Shown: positions 30,004 through 43,640 of the stretch, piece by piece
Layout of the letters: every line of letters starts with the position of its first letter
How positions within the stretch are numbered: the first letter of the stretch is position 1
DNA from: Octopus vulgaris
Taxonomy: Eukaryota
Assembly (NCBI GenBank): GCA_951406725.2
Contig: OX597820.1
Coordinates: 48,112,001-48,176,000 of the forward strand
DNA length: 64,000 nucleotides
Direction: 5' to 3'
The notes under the pieces: model-generated
What the model was told of the DNA's origin: nothing
Databases searched by the model: none
Seen by the model: only the letters and a program-made list of their open reading frames with translations
Made by a program: the position numbers and the translations under genes

Positions 30004-31105
30004 CGACGACGACGACGTTGATGACTACGGCCGAGACAATGACGAAGTCACATTGAGTACGACAAAGATGGTGATGATGACCTCGAAGACGACGACGACA
30101 GCTTAGGATTAAGATGATAATGATGATCATCATTCTGATGACGAAAGATAAAACGAAGAATAGATAATAGCACACACACACACACAAGAAAAGAAAAAAA
30201 AACGCAAAAAATATAAATACAGAATAGAAAGATTCATGAAAGAAAGAAAGATAGAAAGGAAGAAAGAAAGAAAGAAAGAAACAAACCAACAAACAAACAA
30301 ACAAACAAAGGCTTTGATTTGTTTGGCCAAATCTTATCTTTGAAATCTCTCTTCATCCAATCCCATTTGCACCATCCTTTCCTCATGTACCCAAGTATGA
30401 AAGCTACCATCGTCTCCTCTATCTATATTTCATACGTTAAAGGAAAATATATGAATTGTTTATCGTGTGTTGTTTGTTTTAGAAATATAGAACTTCCTTC
30501 TCCTAACAAAACAATCCCCTTAAGACACATGGGAGTGTTGCAGTTAATTAACGATCATATTATTGAAATTTGTCTTTTTGGTTCTTGTTTTCCGTTGCTA
30601 CTCGTGTTTATATTCGACACTTCATTACAATTAACCAAAAGCTTAACTATCTTCGTCGTCTCGTCGTCGTCGTCGTCATCATCATCATCATCAGCAGCAG
30701 CAGCTTCACCACCACCACCACCACCACCACCACCACCACCATAATGCTATACGCACGCACGCACACACACATACACACACACACAAACACACAAAACACA
30801 CGACACATACATAGCCGTAATCCAATCACGAAATCCCTGTTTCAATTTATGTGTGAGTGCGTGAGTCTGTGTGTGCGTGCGTGTGTGCGTGCGTGCGCGT
30901 GCATGTGTGTATGCATGTATGCATGTGTTTGTTTGTGTGTGTATGTGTTTGTTTGTGTGTGTATGTGTGTTTGTGTGTATGTGTGTGAGTCTGTGTTTGT
31001 GTGTGTATAACACTAAGCCCGGTTTAAATTACTATTTCTGTAGAGTTTATGTTTTAATGGAATACTAAAGTTAGAAAAATCGACGAGATTCTCTTTACAC
31101 ACACA

Positions 31106-31176
<71 letters not shown>

Positions 31177-31224
31177 GCACACACACACGTATACACAAAC
31201 ATCGATAAACACGGATTCATTCTT

Positions 31225-31665
31225 TTACTCTTTTATTCTTTTACTTGTTTCGAACGTTTGAGTGCGGCCATGATGGAGCACCGCCTTAAAGGTTCTGAGT
31301 CGAAGAAATCCACCCCAGGACTTATTCTTTGTAATCTCAGTACTTATTCTATTGGTTTTTGTTGCCGGACTGCTAAGTTGAGGGTACATAAACCATAAAC
31401 ACAACAGCATCGGTTGTAAAGCAATGGCGGGGGGGGGGGGGGGCAGTCGCACACACACACACATATGTATATATATATATATATATAGATACGCACACAC
31501 GACAGGCTTCTTTTAATTTCCGTCTAATAAATCTACTAACAGGCTTTTGCTCAGCTCGAAGCTATGGTAGAAGACACTTGCCAAATGTCCCATGCAGTGG
31601 GACTGAACCCGGAATCATATAGTTGGAAAGCTAGCTTCTTACCACACAGTCTCGCCTGCACCTAT
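31225..31665 (-). mobile_element. tRNA-derived SINE with internal (TG)n
   Basis: Reverse complement ggtgcaggcgagactgtgtggtaagaagc...gggttcagtcccactgc (A/B boxes); tail aagtaaaagaataaaagagt. Confidence 0.8.
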
Positions 31666-31789
31666 TTGTGTAAAAACGAATGAGCGTTTCTTCCAGGATA
31701 TATTAAAGAATATATATGCGTTAGGGTTTCATCTGTTTTGAATAAAGATCGTACGGAGTTTGCTTAAAATGTATCAGGGCTGGTGCTAT

Positions 31790-32221
31790 GAAAAGAAAGC
31801 AATACTCAACAATTCGGCATTTATTCCCCTTCTGAAGCGACACACTTTATACGGCGTCGTTTCCATTGATGAAAGCATTCCTGGAAACCCCCTTTGCGGG
31901 ATAGTGAACAGCTGCCTCATCGCATTCTCTTGCATGTCCTCGACGTCCTCATATTTTGTTCCTTTCAGTGGGGTCATAGCCATTGACCCACGATTCGTCA
32001 CCTGAGGTGACTGTTTTCAAATCCGTTTCGTCTTCATCGACGCAATGAGACGACCAACCTCTGCATAGATTTTATTCAAGCACTGCTATAAATAACGGAA
32101 AGGAGCGAGAACGTTAAAACTTAGTGTGCATGTCTATCTGAGGCAAGCGGCTTTACTCTGTGTATTTTAGCTCATTCACCATAGAGACAGTGCCGATACG
32201 CTTTGATCAAACTGCGTGTAA
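31790..32221 (-). mobile_element. Internally deleted mariner element
   Basis: The minus strand has GDESWVNGYDP joined, via a frame change, to LKGTKYEDVEDMQEN...QLFTIP (C-terminal mariner). Terminus 32145-32220 is homologous to the terminus at 58550-58627. Confidence 0.75.
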
Positions 32222-32415
32222 AAGTTTCGTTATACGATTATAATTTAGAGCAATAACCTACTGGAATCTATAACTCAACTTAGGTTTCATGTTCCATCCT
32301 CTTCTTTATCGGAATGAATGTAATAGTAACATCACTTATCATTTGGGTACTTTCCAGTCAGTTGCAAATAATAAAGGTACAGATACATAACGTGTAAAAT
32401 AAATTCTGATATATA

Positions 32416-33087
32416 TCTATGTATATAAAACTGTAGTTGTGTGAGTGTCTGTCCCCTTCGATTTAGATTCCTAACTACTCCCACATTTTGCGGTGCAGTT
32501 TAACCAAATTCGGGTATCTTATAGTCGTGATTCATATCGAGCCCGTCTGAGTATTAGCGCGCGTCTACGATGAGTCTACGATTTAAAAAATAATTTAACA
32601 TCATTTTTTATTCAATTTTAATGCATAATTTTTCGTGTGTCGATGGCGGCGGAGTTGGCGTCCATGGTCACACCTGCACCTGTTTGCTTCTCCCCCTTCT
32701 TCCCTCCCTCGTGAAGCTGTGGGGAAGGGAGTGTAAAGAAATCAACGTCGTAAAGCGTTGTCAAGAAGACCAGCGTTATTTTAGAACAACGACTTCATGG
32801 CTTGAAGACACCAAAACAGAAATGGCTAAGAAAGCTTCTACGATGAGTCTACGATTTAAAAAAAAAATTACCATCATTTTTTCCATTTTAATGCATTTTT
32901 CGCTATTATATAAGGGAAGTAACTCTCTAAAAATGTCTACGATGAGTCAACGAATAAAAAAAAATTACCATAATTTTTTATTCCATTTTTAATGCATTCT
33001 TTTGCTAATTTTTTTGCTATAACTCTCTAAAAATGCTTATATAGTTATTTCCCTTACAAACCCGAGCAACGCCGGGCGATACTGCTA

Positions 33088-33088
<1 letters not shown>
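32416..33088 (+). mobile_element. Non-autonomous Helitron
   Basis: 5' TC after A; 3' hairpin cccgagcaacgccggg followed by ...tactgCTAG then T; three internal repeats of tctacgatgagtc(t/a)acga. Confidence 0.8.
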
Positions 33089-33147
<59 letters not shown>

Positions 33148-33303
33148 TACGACCTATCCGTTGAATAATTTTGAATCCGGAGCTGATGAGTAAATGATTT
33201 TAAAAAGGTTTCCCATAATACTTTAAGATATACTGCAAAGCGCAGAAACGACAAACCCTAATTACAAATGTTTGGTTCTGATAAGAAGAGGGACAGATAC
33301 TGG

Positions 33304-33559
33304 GATATCAAAGTTAGTCTGAAATTAAACGTTATGAATTCAGACCACGCGAAAAGACGTTCTGGTTAATCAGGCGCAATAGACCAGTGGTTAGGACAGC
33401 GGACTCGCGGTTGTAGGATCGCGGTTTCGATTCCCAGACCGGGCGTTGTGAGTGTTTATTGAGCAAAAACACCTAAAGCTCCACGACGCTCCAGCGCCTG
33501 ATTAATAACAACGTTTTTTCATATAGTCTGAATTCGTAACGTTTAATTTAGGACTAACG

Positions 33560-33566
<7 letters not shown>
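33304..33566. mobile_element. Inverted-repeat element enclosing a tRNA-SINE head (33372-33495, +)
   Basis: Arms gttagtctgaaattaaacgttatgaattcagac...ttaatcaggcgc / gcgcctgattaa...gtctgaattcgtaacgtttaatttaggactaac. The insert has cagtggttagg (A box) and ggtttcgattcc (B box). Confidence 0.8.
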
Positions 33567-33602
<36 letters not shown>

Positions 33603-33722
33603 GTACATATATGTTTGTATGTATGCATATATTTTATTTATTACACTATTGTATGACTGAGCGCCTTCGCGTCGATTCGATTCGATTCGTTTGGTTTCGT
33701 TTCGTTTCTTCTTCTCTAAGCT

Positions 33723-33757
<35 letters not shown>

Positions 33758-33920
33758 TAAAGGAGAGCGAGAGGGAGAGAGGAGCGAGAGAGTTAAACAA
33801 ATGGATAGATGAATAGATTGATAGACAGTGTAAAATATATAGGTACATATACATACGTGTATTTATACTAATCTATGTATGAATCTATCTATCCATATAT
33901 ATATATACACATACATGCAT

Positions 33921-33973
<53 letters not shown>

Positions 33974-34091
33974 CATTCACTCACATAGATGCATACTTAT
34001 TTTATAACACATTTAGTAATAGTTTGATTCAGCTTCACATTAAATAAAATATTGTCGGCGTAGGCGATGTACAACCCATTAAATGTTCTGA

Positions 34092-34149
<58 letters not shown>

Positions 34150-34962
34150 ACACACACACATATATATATATATATCTCCACATATATATATGTGTGTATG
34201 AGTATGTGTGTGCGTGTGTGTGTTTGTGTGTGCAAGTGTGCGTGTCTGTATGTGTACGTGTGTGCGTATGTGTGTTTATGCGTCTATACACGCATGTCAT
34301 CACACATATACTTCAGTCAATGTGCAGATTAAAATTTCTGGAATTGGTAATTAGATACGCTAAAAATTACGTGACGCTTCCATACATTTTTATGAATTAA
34401 TTGATAATAGACAATTCATATGATAACCGAATGTATTTGTTGTTTTACCATGAACAATTTTGTGATTGAATCGTAAAGGATCACAATCTTGACCTCTTCA
34501 CAACTTTCGTGCTTATCTACCCAGCTTTAATATCTAGGAATACATTCTGCATTGAAGTAGATTTTTCTGTAAATAAGTGAAAGCAAATTATTCTACCATG
34601 TTATATTATATAACTTTAATTCCTTTGGGTCATTTATAAAATTTGATGTAACTTTCAATTTTTTCTCCGTTGTAATTGTTTCTCTAATTGTGTAGACATG
34701 CGGTTTAAAATTGGTACACTGAACAGTATCACCCACATATAGTTATATCCTTACAATCTTTGACTAGTTTCAGTCATTCGACGGCAACAATGAATTTTTG
34801 TTCCACACTCCGGCGCTGTCATCCCACGTTGATTCCCCACAGCATCCGTGTATCAAAATTTACTAACAAAATACCGAGCGCTAGGATCGAAATTTGAACT
34901 ACGGTACTGGCAAAGAACTTGCTAAACATATGACCAGATCTGTGTACAATATATTGAGTTGC

Positions 34963-35033
<71 letters not shown>

Positions 35034-35037
<4 letters not shown>

Positions 35038-35822
35038 GTTTGACTTTTATTTACATTTGTACAAGTTGGCTCCAGGTTTCACCCAGAGACCTCAAGAGAC
35101 AACAAGTTGGAAGTTCATGTTGGTGTTATGCCTAAGGTGCCATATATTTGGTTTTGTATATAGTGTTGTTCTAGAGAATGTTTAAGAAACCATAAGAAAA
35201 TTACGTTTGTTTTAAAACTTTAAAACATAGAAAGTATTTTGCGTAGGATATGAGCAGTTCCCATCAGCACTATCTTTTGAATTTCTGCCATTTTGGGGTT
35301 TCCTGGTATCTGAGCTAGGTAGCAATTAGCCCATTTTGCTATCATTCCCAAGGCACCTATGACAACAGGTATTGTTTTTGTCTTCAGGTTCCACATTTTG
35401 CTAATTTTTATTTCAAGATCTTTATACTTGCTCAGTTTTTCGTAGGTCTTGACAGATACATTTTTATCGATTGTGACAGTCATTTCAATGAGGAGGCATG
35501 ATTTTTGTCCGAAGACTTTCAATATGATGCCTGGCCTATTCGCATTCATCTTTCTGTCAGTTTGAATGGTGAAGTTCCAGAGGAGTGAGATGTGATCATT
35601 TTCAAGCACTGGGGGTGGTTTGTGTTCCACCAGTTTTTATCATGGGGCAAGTCCAGGCTTTTGCAAATTACCCAGAGAATATATTGTGCAGCTCTATCAT
35701 GCCTGTTGAGATACTCTGTAGGCGCAAGAAGACCGAATTTGGAGACAACATTATCAATGCTTTCATTTTGTTGTTGACATTCACGACATGTTGGGCTACT
35801 GCCGTTCTTTATTATGTTGGCC
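35034..35822 (-). mobile_element. 5'-truncated R4/Dong-like element (RLE domain plus 3' UTR) with (TAA)n tail at 34965-35034
   Basis: ORF 35220..35630 EHKPPPVLEND...WNFTIQTD...ANRP.IIL...IEMTV...KLSKYKDL...IPVVIGALG is highly similar to 36003..36626. Confidence 0.92.
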
Positions 35823-35828
35823 TTATTA

Positions 35829-35920
<92 letters not shown>

Positions 35921-35924
<4 letters not shown>

Positions 35925-38900
35925 GTTTGACTTTTGCTTTATATTTGTACAAGTTGGCTCCAAGTCTCACCCGGAGACCTCAAGAGACAACAGGTTGGAA
36001 GTTCACGTTGTTGTTATGCCTAGTGTGCCATATATTTGGTTGTTTTTTGTGTTGTACTGGTGGATGTCTAAAAAAAATGTTTGTTTTAAACCTTGAGATT
36101 TCATAGAAAGTATTTTGCGTAGGATATGAGCAGTTCCCATCAGCACTATCTTTTGAATTTCTGCCATTTTTGGGTTTCCTGGTATCTGAGTTAGGTAGCT
36201 ATCAGCCCCTTTTGCTATCATTCCCAGGGCACCTATGAGAACAGGTATTGTTTTAGTCTTCAGGTTCCACATTTTACTGATTTCTATTTCAAGATCTTTA
36301 TATTTGCTCAGTTTTTGGTAGGTCTTGACAAATACGTTTATATCGATTGGGACAGTCATATCAATGAGGAGGCATGTTCTTTGTTTGAAGTCTTTCAATA
36401 TGATGTCTGGCCTATTTGCATCTATCTTTTTCTCAGTTTGAATGGTGAAGTTCCAGAGGAGTGAGATGTTGTCATTTTCAAGCACTGGGGGTGGTTTGTG
36501 TTCCCACCAGTTTTTTTCATGGGGCAAATCCAGGTTTTTGCAGATTACCCAGTGAATATATTGTGCAGCTCTATCGTGTCTGTTGAGATACTCTGTAGGC
36601 GCTAGAAGACTGCACTTGGAGACCACATGATCAATGGTTTCATTTTGTTGCTGGCATACACGACACGTTGGACTGCTGCTGATCTTTAATATGTTGGCCT
36701 GTTAGTTTCTTGTTGGTAGGCATTGATCTTGAGCTGCTATGATAAACCCCTCTGTTTCAGATTTTAAGCCAGAGGCCATTAGCCATTGATGGGTCAGGGC
36801 TTTGTCAACATCTGCATTATTTGCCTCTTTGGGTATTTGCCATAGAGAGGTTTTTCTTGCCATTTATCAATCAGAATATCTAAGGCCGCAGATTTAGCAC
36901 GGGTTTTCATGCGCTTAGCTTTTTCTGTGCCTGTTTCTTGTATGTCTATCTCTAATTCCGAAATTTGTTGTATTCGGAATCACTTAGATATTCCTTTGCC
37001 TGTTTTGTTACTGAGTATGATGCTTTCTTGTTTTCATGTTTTGAGACAAGTTTTAACATCCAGTCCTCAGAGTTTTTCAGGTAGGTGTCTCGGCCAATTG
37101 TAGCAATCTTCATTGTTATTGCCAGTTGTAAAAGTCCACGGCCTCCCTCTTTTCTTGGCAGATAGAGTCGTTCTGTATCTGCCTTAGGGTGGTGCATTCT
37201 ATGCATTGTCAACAGTTTTCGTATTTTTCTGTCAAGATTACATATTTCAGTAATTGACCAGTTAACGATATTGAAACTCTAAGTCACGACTGGTATGGCT
37301 AATGCATTGATCGCTTCGATCCTGTTTCTCGCATTCAGCTCTGTCTTGAGTATTGCTCTTACTCTGCGATAACATTCTCTCCTGATCCTTTCCTCCATCT
37401 CTGAATGCCTTATTCCGTCTCCTTCAATTACTCCTAGATACTTGTAGTTCTCCGCTGGGTCTAATTCTTTTATGACATTCTGCTGGTCAAGGTTAACGTT
37501 AGATGTTTCTGTCATTTTTCCTTTGATAAAGGTAGCTTTTGCACACTTATCGAGGCCAAATTGCATTCTGATGTCATTACTGAATTGTTTGACAATCGCT
37601 AGTAAGCCCTTGAGTTGTTGGTCATTTTTTGCAAAGAGCTTTAAATCATCCATGTAAATGAGATGATTTATATTTTTATCAAACATTTTATATCCGTACT
37701 GCGCGTCATTGAGCAGTTTTGAGAGAGGTATTAAGGCTAAACAGAAGAGGAGTGGTGATAGTGAGTCACTCTGGAAAATGCCACATGAAATTTTTACATC
37801 ACCAGCATTTAGAGATTCATTGTCACTGTTCAAAGTTAGTGTGGTTCTCCATGATCTCATACTTACAGACAAAAAGTTTCGCAGAGTAGGTGCTATCTTA
37901 TACATTTCTAGGCATTTCTTAATCCAGCTATGTAGTAGGCTATCAAAAGCCTTTTTATAGTCTATCCAGGCTATTGATAAGTTTTTGTGTCGTTTGTGAC
38001 AATCTTCTAAGATCATCTTATCGATGAGTAGTTGATCCTTTCAACCGTAGGATCCACGTTTACATCCTTTTTATTCATTAGGGAATATGCTGCTGTCTGT
38101 CAAAAAACTATAGGTATATTCCGTCAGGACAGATGTTAGTGTTTTATACATAGTTGTTAAGCAGGTTATGGGTCTATAGTTTTTTGGTTCATTTGTTTCT
38201 TCACTTTTTGGAAGTAGGAATGTTATAAAAAAAAAATTACTGACTGAAGTAGAGATTGATCAAGTTAGACAAGCAGTAACGGATAGAATGAACGAAGCTG
38301 CAGCTAAAGAAGATAATACAGAGGAAATAATTATAGACCAACCCAGAGCTGGTAAAAACGAAGTAAGGGTGTTGCAAAACATCATTGTAAAGTTCTGTTA
38401 GCAGTTCATGGCTCTCTGGGAAGGCATTCAACCAGAAGTTAGGGATTTTATCCTTTCCTGGAGACTTCCATTTGCTTGACCTCCTGAGAGCAGATCTTAT
38501 ATCTTCTACCTTAACATCCACCCACTTTTGCTCTTCTAAGGAGTCCATTTCTTTAGATATTCTATCAATCCAGGGGGCCTTTTCGCTGTGTGTTTGTTCT
38601 TCTGCCCAAATTTTATTCCAAAATCTCTGCACTTCTTCTTTTGATGGTACAGACTTTACAGTAACTGGTGTTTTTCCTATCTTCCTGTAAAAAATTTTGG
38701 GGTTATTTTTGAACATGTTGTTGTCCCTGAAGAATATAACACGCTTTTCATACCTCGCTATGCGGGTAGCTTTAGCAGATACCTTTTGCTTGATTGTTTC
38801 TATGGTGGCATCAATATCAAGTATAGTTTTCATATATTTTTTCATTAGATTTTGGGTTTTTGTAGGTTTGGTAGTCTTATGAACCTAAAGGTTTTTCAAA

Positions 38901-40075
38901 TATTCAATGTCAGATCTAAATAGTTTAATTTGTTGTTGCAAACGCTCTTGCCAAGAAGGATTTTTGTGGAAATGTTGCCTTTTTCTAATCTTTTCACCAC
39001 ATAGGATCGTTGAGATTTTCGCGGATGCATAGTAGAGGTGGTTGAGATCTGTGATATCAACATCATAAGCTGAAATTATATCCTTAAGTGCAAGCCCGGT
39101 TTTACCAATTATTTTCATGTTTTGGTTAGAGTTGCGGATTTTAGGGAGTGTATCACGTTCATCCATACTGGTTTCTTTAATTTTCAGCCATTCAATCATG
39201 ATTTGACTTTTTAGCTCATGTAGTTCTGTCGGGTCAATATTTGTGTGACTTTCTTCATCTATTTGATGTTCATCTGTCTTAGTGTTTATATTTGGTTCAG
39301 GGAGTATTTCACTTTGCCTATCACTTATACTAACTCTTTCAATCCTTACTTCGTTTTTACCAGCTCTGGGCTGGTCTATAATCATTTCCTCTGTATTATC
39401 GTCTTTAGCTGCAGCTTCGTTCATTCTATCCGTTACTGCTTGTCTAACTTGATCAATCTCTACTTCAGTCAGTAATTTTTTTTTTATAATGTTTCTTCTG
39501 ACGTTGGCAAGTTTGTTACTGTCTATGTAGGGTCTTTCTTCAGGGTGTTTCTGTCTCCAGTTTATGTAGGTTTGTATATTGTTCGATTTATCTGTGGGGA
39601 AATATATGGCATGGTAGAAGGCCGCAAGAACTTCTTTATTATTTTCCCTAGTCCATTTTTCCTTCTTTTTCTTTTGAGTGTTTGGTGACGAGCATGGATG
39701 GCCATCTGTTGGAATATTCCAGTAGCGGGGTACGTCCAGCTCCTGTGTGTCGGGAAGATTTGATCCAGTAGCTGATTTTTCAATCAGATTTTGATTCAAT
39801 TTTCGAGTACGTGGTCTTTTGTAGTCCGCTCGCCGACCATCGCGGATTGTAGGTTGCTTTGTTGACATTGAAGCATGACGAGCTTCGACTCTTACATTAA
39901 GAGACGGATCTGTCAGTTTAGGATTCTCTGCACGTAAACATTGTTCGTAGCGCAGCTTCTTAAGGCTAGCAGATCTATATTCGTCTGTATTTTTTTTTTG
40001 TTGATAGTTTTATCTCCGGGCATAGTTTTCCTTTTTTTTTTAAACTTATGAAAGGCTCACTCTGCCTGTATTAGT
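35921..40075 (-). mobile_element. Near full-length R4/Dong-clade non-LTR retrotransposon (single ORF: RT, CCHC knuckle, restriction-like endonuclease), inactivated
   Basis: Contiguous broken ORFs 39868..38885, 38845.., 38016..37279 (AWIDYKKAFDS, GIFQSDSLSPLLF, HLIYMDDLKL, YKYLG), 37212..36952 (HPKADTERLYLPRKEGGRGL), CRVCQQQNETIDHVVSKC, and 36626..36003 (RHD...RPDII...IDMTVP...KYKDL). 3' end abuts (TAA)n. The probable original ATG at 40023 is one base out of frame because of a poly-A run. Confidence 0.95.
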
Positions 40076-40305
40076 TCGAAAAAATGAGAGTAAAATAGGA
40101 GAAAAAAATAAATAAAAATAAAAATTATCATCATCACTATCATCACCGTCATCATCATCATCAATGACATTGTTTTATGTGTAGTCACAGTGGTAGCTTA
40201 TTATTATTATTATTATTCTTATCACTATCACCATCGCCACGGTAAAGTGGTCATGTTCTATAGGTCTATAAATAGATTCAGCAGATGGTGGACAAAGGAC
40301 ATTTT

Positions 40306-40430
40306 GGGTCAGGGAAATGTCAAACCTGTTTACTAGTACCAGCGTTATCTTGAAAAGCAATCCAGCTATATATATATACTCATACACATATGTATATGTA
40401 TATGTATATTCACACACGCATATTTTCTGA

Positions 40431-40497
<67 letters not shown>

Positions 40498-40782
40498 GGT
40501 TCCCAGAGGAACCCCAATAACTCATGGACGTTGAGCCACCTAAACTACAGTTGAGTGTAAGGTGATGCCTTTTGTGTCTTTTCCGAATTCTGACCGATCA
40601 TCATGGGGTGTTTAAGAGCAGGTAATATAAATGTTCGTCGCCTGATGTGGCCCAGGAGGGTCAGGGAAATGTCAAACCTGTTTACTAGTACCAGCGTTAT
40701 CTTGAAAAGCAATCCAGCTATATATATATACTCATACACATATGTATATGTATATGTATATTCACACACGCATATTTTCTGA

Positions 40783-40843
<61 letters not shown>

Positions 40844-41000
40844 GGTTCCCAGAGGAACCCCAATAACTCATGGACGTTGAGCCACCTAAACGTTGAGTGT
40901 AAGGTGATGCCTTTTGTGTCTTTTCCGAATTCTGACCGATCATCATGGGGTGTTTAAGAGCAGGTAATATAAATGTTCGTCGCCTGATGTGGCCCAGGAG
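40306..41000. repeat. Near-identical ~350-bp tandem duplication (40306-40657 and 40658-41000)
   Basis: ggtcagggaaatgtcaaacc...(TTA)n...cgcctgatgtggcccaggag occurs twice, differing mainly in TTA length and small indels. Confidence 0.92.
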
Positions 41001-41285
41001 GCAAGGTCGCCTACTCAACGACCCCAGGTCATTATCGATTTTGATATTTTGAGAACTGTGCATCTCTTAGTTGGTCTGCAATGGGGGCTGGGGTGACAGT
41101 GTTGCTTAAGAAAGGCCTGGATCTCGAGGTACGGACAATCTTCCTGGACCCAGAAGATATGATGGTGTTCCTGTGAGCAACAGCGTAAGTGATGCATTCA
41201 GACTAGTCGGTGTAGACGCCACAACTGAAGCGGAGCAACCAGATTTCTTCAGATATTTGGAAGTTTTCCTTGGGACTTCTCGCTC

Positions 41286-41336
<51 letters not shown>

Positions 41337-42454
41337 GTTGTTGTTGTTGTTGTTGTTAACTGATGATCGCCTTTGTGTGGTATCTTGTGACACCGATGAT
41401 CCATTGACCATTGATTCAATGATCATGCGTAAAGCAGTCCCGCGCTCAGAAAGCTCCAACGTAGATGAGGGATTATTTTTCACGTGTGACGATCTGACAC
41501 GAATTCTTTCTCATTCACACCAAAAATACCGTAGAGGAATTTTCTGCTTATTTTCGAACAGTAGTCAACATCAATTCATTGTAATATGATTCGAAAGCAA
41601 TATGCTTGCTATTTCAAACAGATCTTGCGACTACATAGAAGATCCAACACTTGGTGAATCCTTACAGTATGCTTAAATTAAACAAAAAAATAAACCTAAA
41701 ATATATTTTATACATTTCTACTACAAGAATATTCTTTATACAAAGATGTGAACTGAGAAACTTAAAATACGGTCAAATAAACAGAAATGAAGTAAAACAT
41801 TTTCACACAGCAAAATATATTCCACTTTGGGAAAATATTGCACTTACTGTTTACCGACGCAGAACATCAATAGATCCACTGATTATATTGTTTTATATAA
41901 ACATATATTAAATTGCTTTTCATAAAGACACATACACAGAGAGACACACACCACCCATATATATATACATGTATGTGTGTGTGTGTACATGCGTGCGTGT
42001 GTGCGTCTATGTATACATGTGTATGTGTGTGTCTGCGAACATACAGTTGTTTTGAAAACTGAACAAAGCCATGAAATATCGTGAAGAATTCAACCAAAAC
42101 AACAACATTCTTAGTCATTCTAACATCACTGGATTTCTATATGTAAAGCGGAAGACATGTCTAAATCTTAATTCCCAATGTGTAGGAAGATAATATCAGC
42201 AATAACTAACATCTAAAACAATGTCCTCACAAACTAGCTATTGGGCTCTTCCTCGATTTTCCCAAAGGCGCTACACACTCATGCTTTCATGCGCCCGCGC
42301 ACATACATATACATTTGTACATATATATATATATATAATAATAATAAATATTTACTTACATTTTCATAGACACTTATGTCAATAGACACACAAGCATGAA
42401 CGAGCGCGGTTGTGTATGTGTGTTTGAGCGTGCGCGTGTGTGTGTATATGTTTA

Positions 42455-42752
42455 CGAAGGCGCGTGATATAGTGGTTAGGGTGTTCGTCCCACGATGCCA
42501 GTGTTGTGAGCTCGATTCCCAGTAGCGCGTTGTGGCCTTGTCCAAGACACTTTATTTCACGTTGCTACAGTCCACGCATCTCGCAGCAAGCATCTTTATC
42601 TTGTCTTATTCTGCGTTAAGCTGAATCTCCCCGAGACTACGTTAGAGGTACTAGCGCTGTGGAGTGCTCAGCCACTTACACATTAATTTTGTGAGCAGAT
42701 TGTTCTCATGATCGGTTCACCTGGTGCTTTCAACGCCGTAATCGATGGCGTA
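42455..42752 (+). mobile_element. tRNA-derived SINE
   Basis: gaaggcgcgtgatatagtggttagggtgttcg...gagctcgattccc...gtggagtgctcagccactt; same family as 62545 and 53200. Confidence 0.8.
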
Positions 42753-42768
42753 CTAGTTATATCTATCC

Positions 42769-42860
<92 letters not shown>

Positions 42861-42880
42861 GTCTATCTATCTATCTGTCA

Positions 42881-42966
<86 letters not shown>

Positions 42967-43434
42967 TCTCCATACATACATTCAGTCGCAGATAGACGCA
43001 AAGACACGCACACAGAAGAACATGTACATAGTCAGTCATATTAGCTGGTGTTATGGTTAAAAGCACGACATTTTTGGCAGATGTGTTTGTCTACACCTTT
43101 CATTTGTCCAATGCCTTCGGAATGAGATTTGGGAGAAGGAAACATCACAGGATCCCACCAAAAGACGAAAGAGATCGACAGGTTGGCCCTCTCTGTAAAT
43201 AGACAGGCACATATGTACGCTTGCGATGTGTGTATTTGTGATGCGTCTGTGTGTGTTTGTGCGAACAGAAAAAGTGACAGACAGGTAAGTAGGAAATCAA
43301 GGGGAGAGAGATAAAGAGAGAGACAGACAGACAGACGCAGAGACAAAAAGGTAGACAGCTAGAGAAAGACAGAGAGAGAGGAAGAGAGGCAAGGGAGAAT
43401 GTGTGTCCGGGAAGCAGAGAGATGCTTAATATAA

Positions 43435-43640
43435 GAATGGGTGCGAAAACCTCCTGGCTTTAAGGCTTGTTTGGAGTCCAAATTGCTGAGTTCTTTTACA
43501 GGATTTAAAAAAAAACTGAAGAGCCTTTGCAATAAGTGTACGAATCTGACTGGGATATATCTCGAATAAAATCATAATTAACTGATCCTCCTGTATTCTA
43601 TTTTCTCAAAGCCAGAAACTTTTCAGCACTGCCTTGTAAT
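43435..43640 (+). mobile_element. Mariner 3'-end fragment
   Basis: Remnant resembling EFFY.G...KC....G.Y.E*, followed by TIR-like ccagaaacttttcagcactgccttgTA. Confidence 0.55.

Noticed and set aside
33183-33215. CTGATGAG
   Set aside because: No helix II or GAAA partner.
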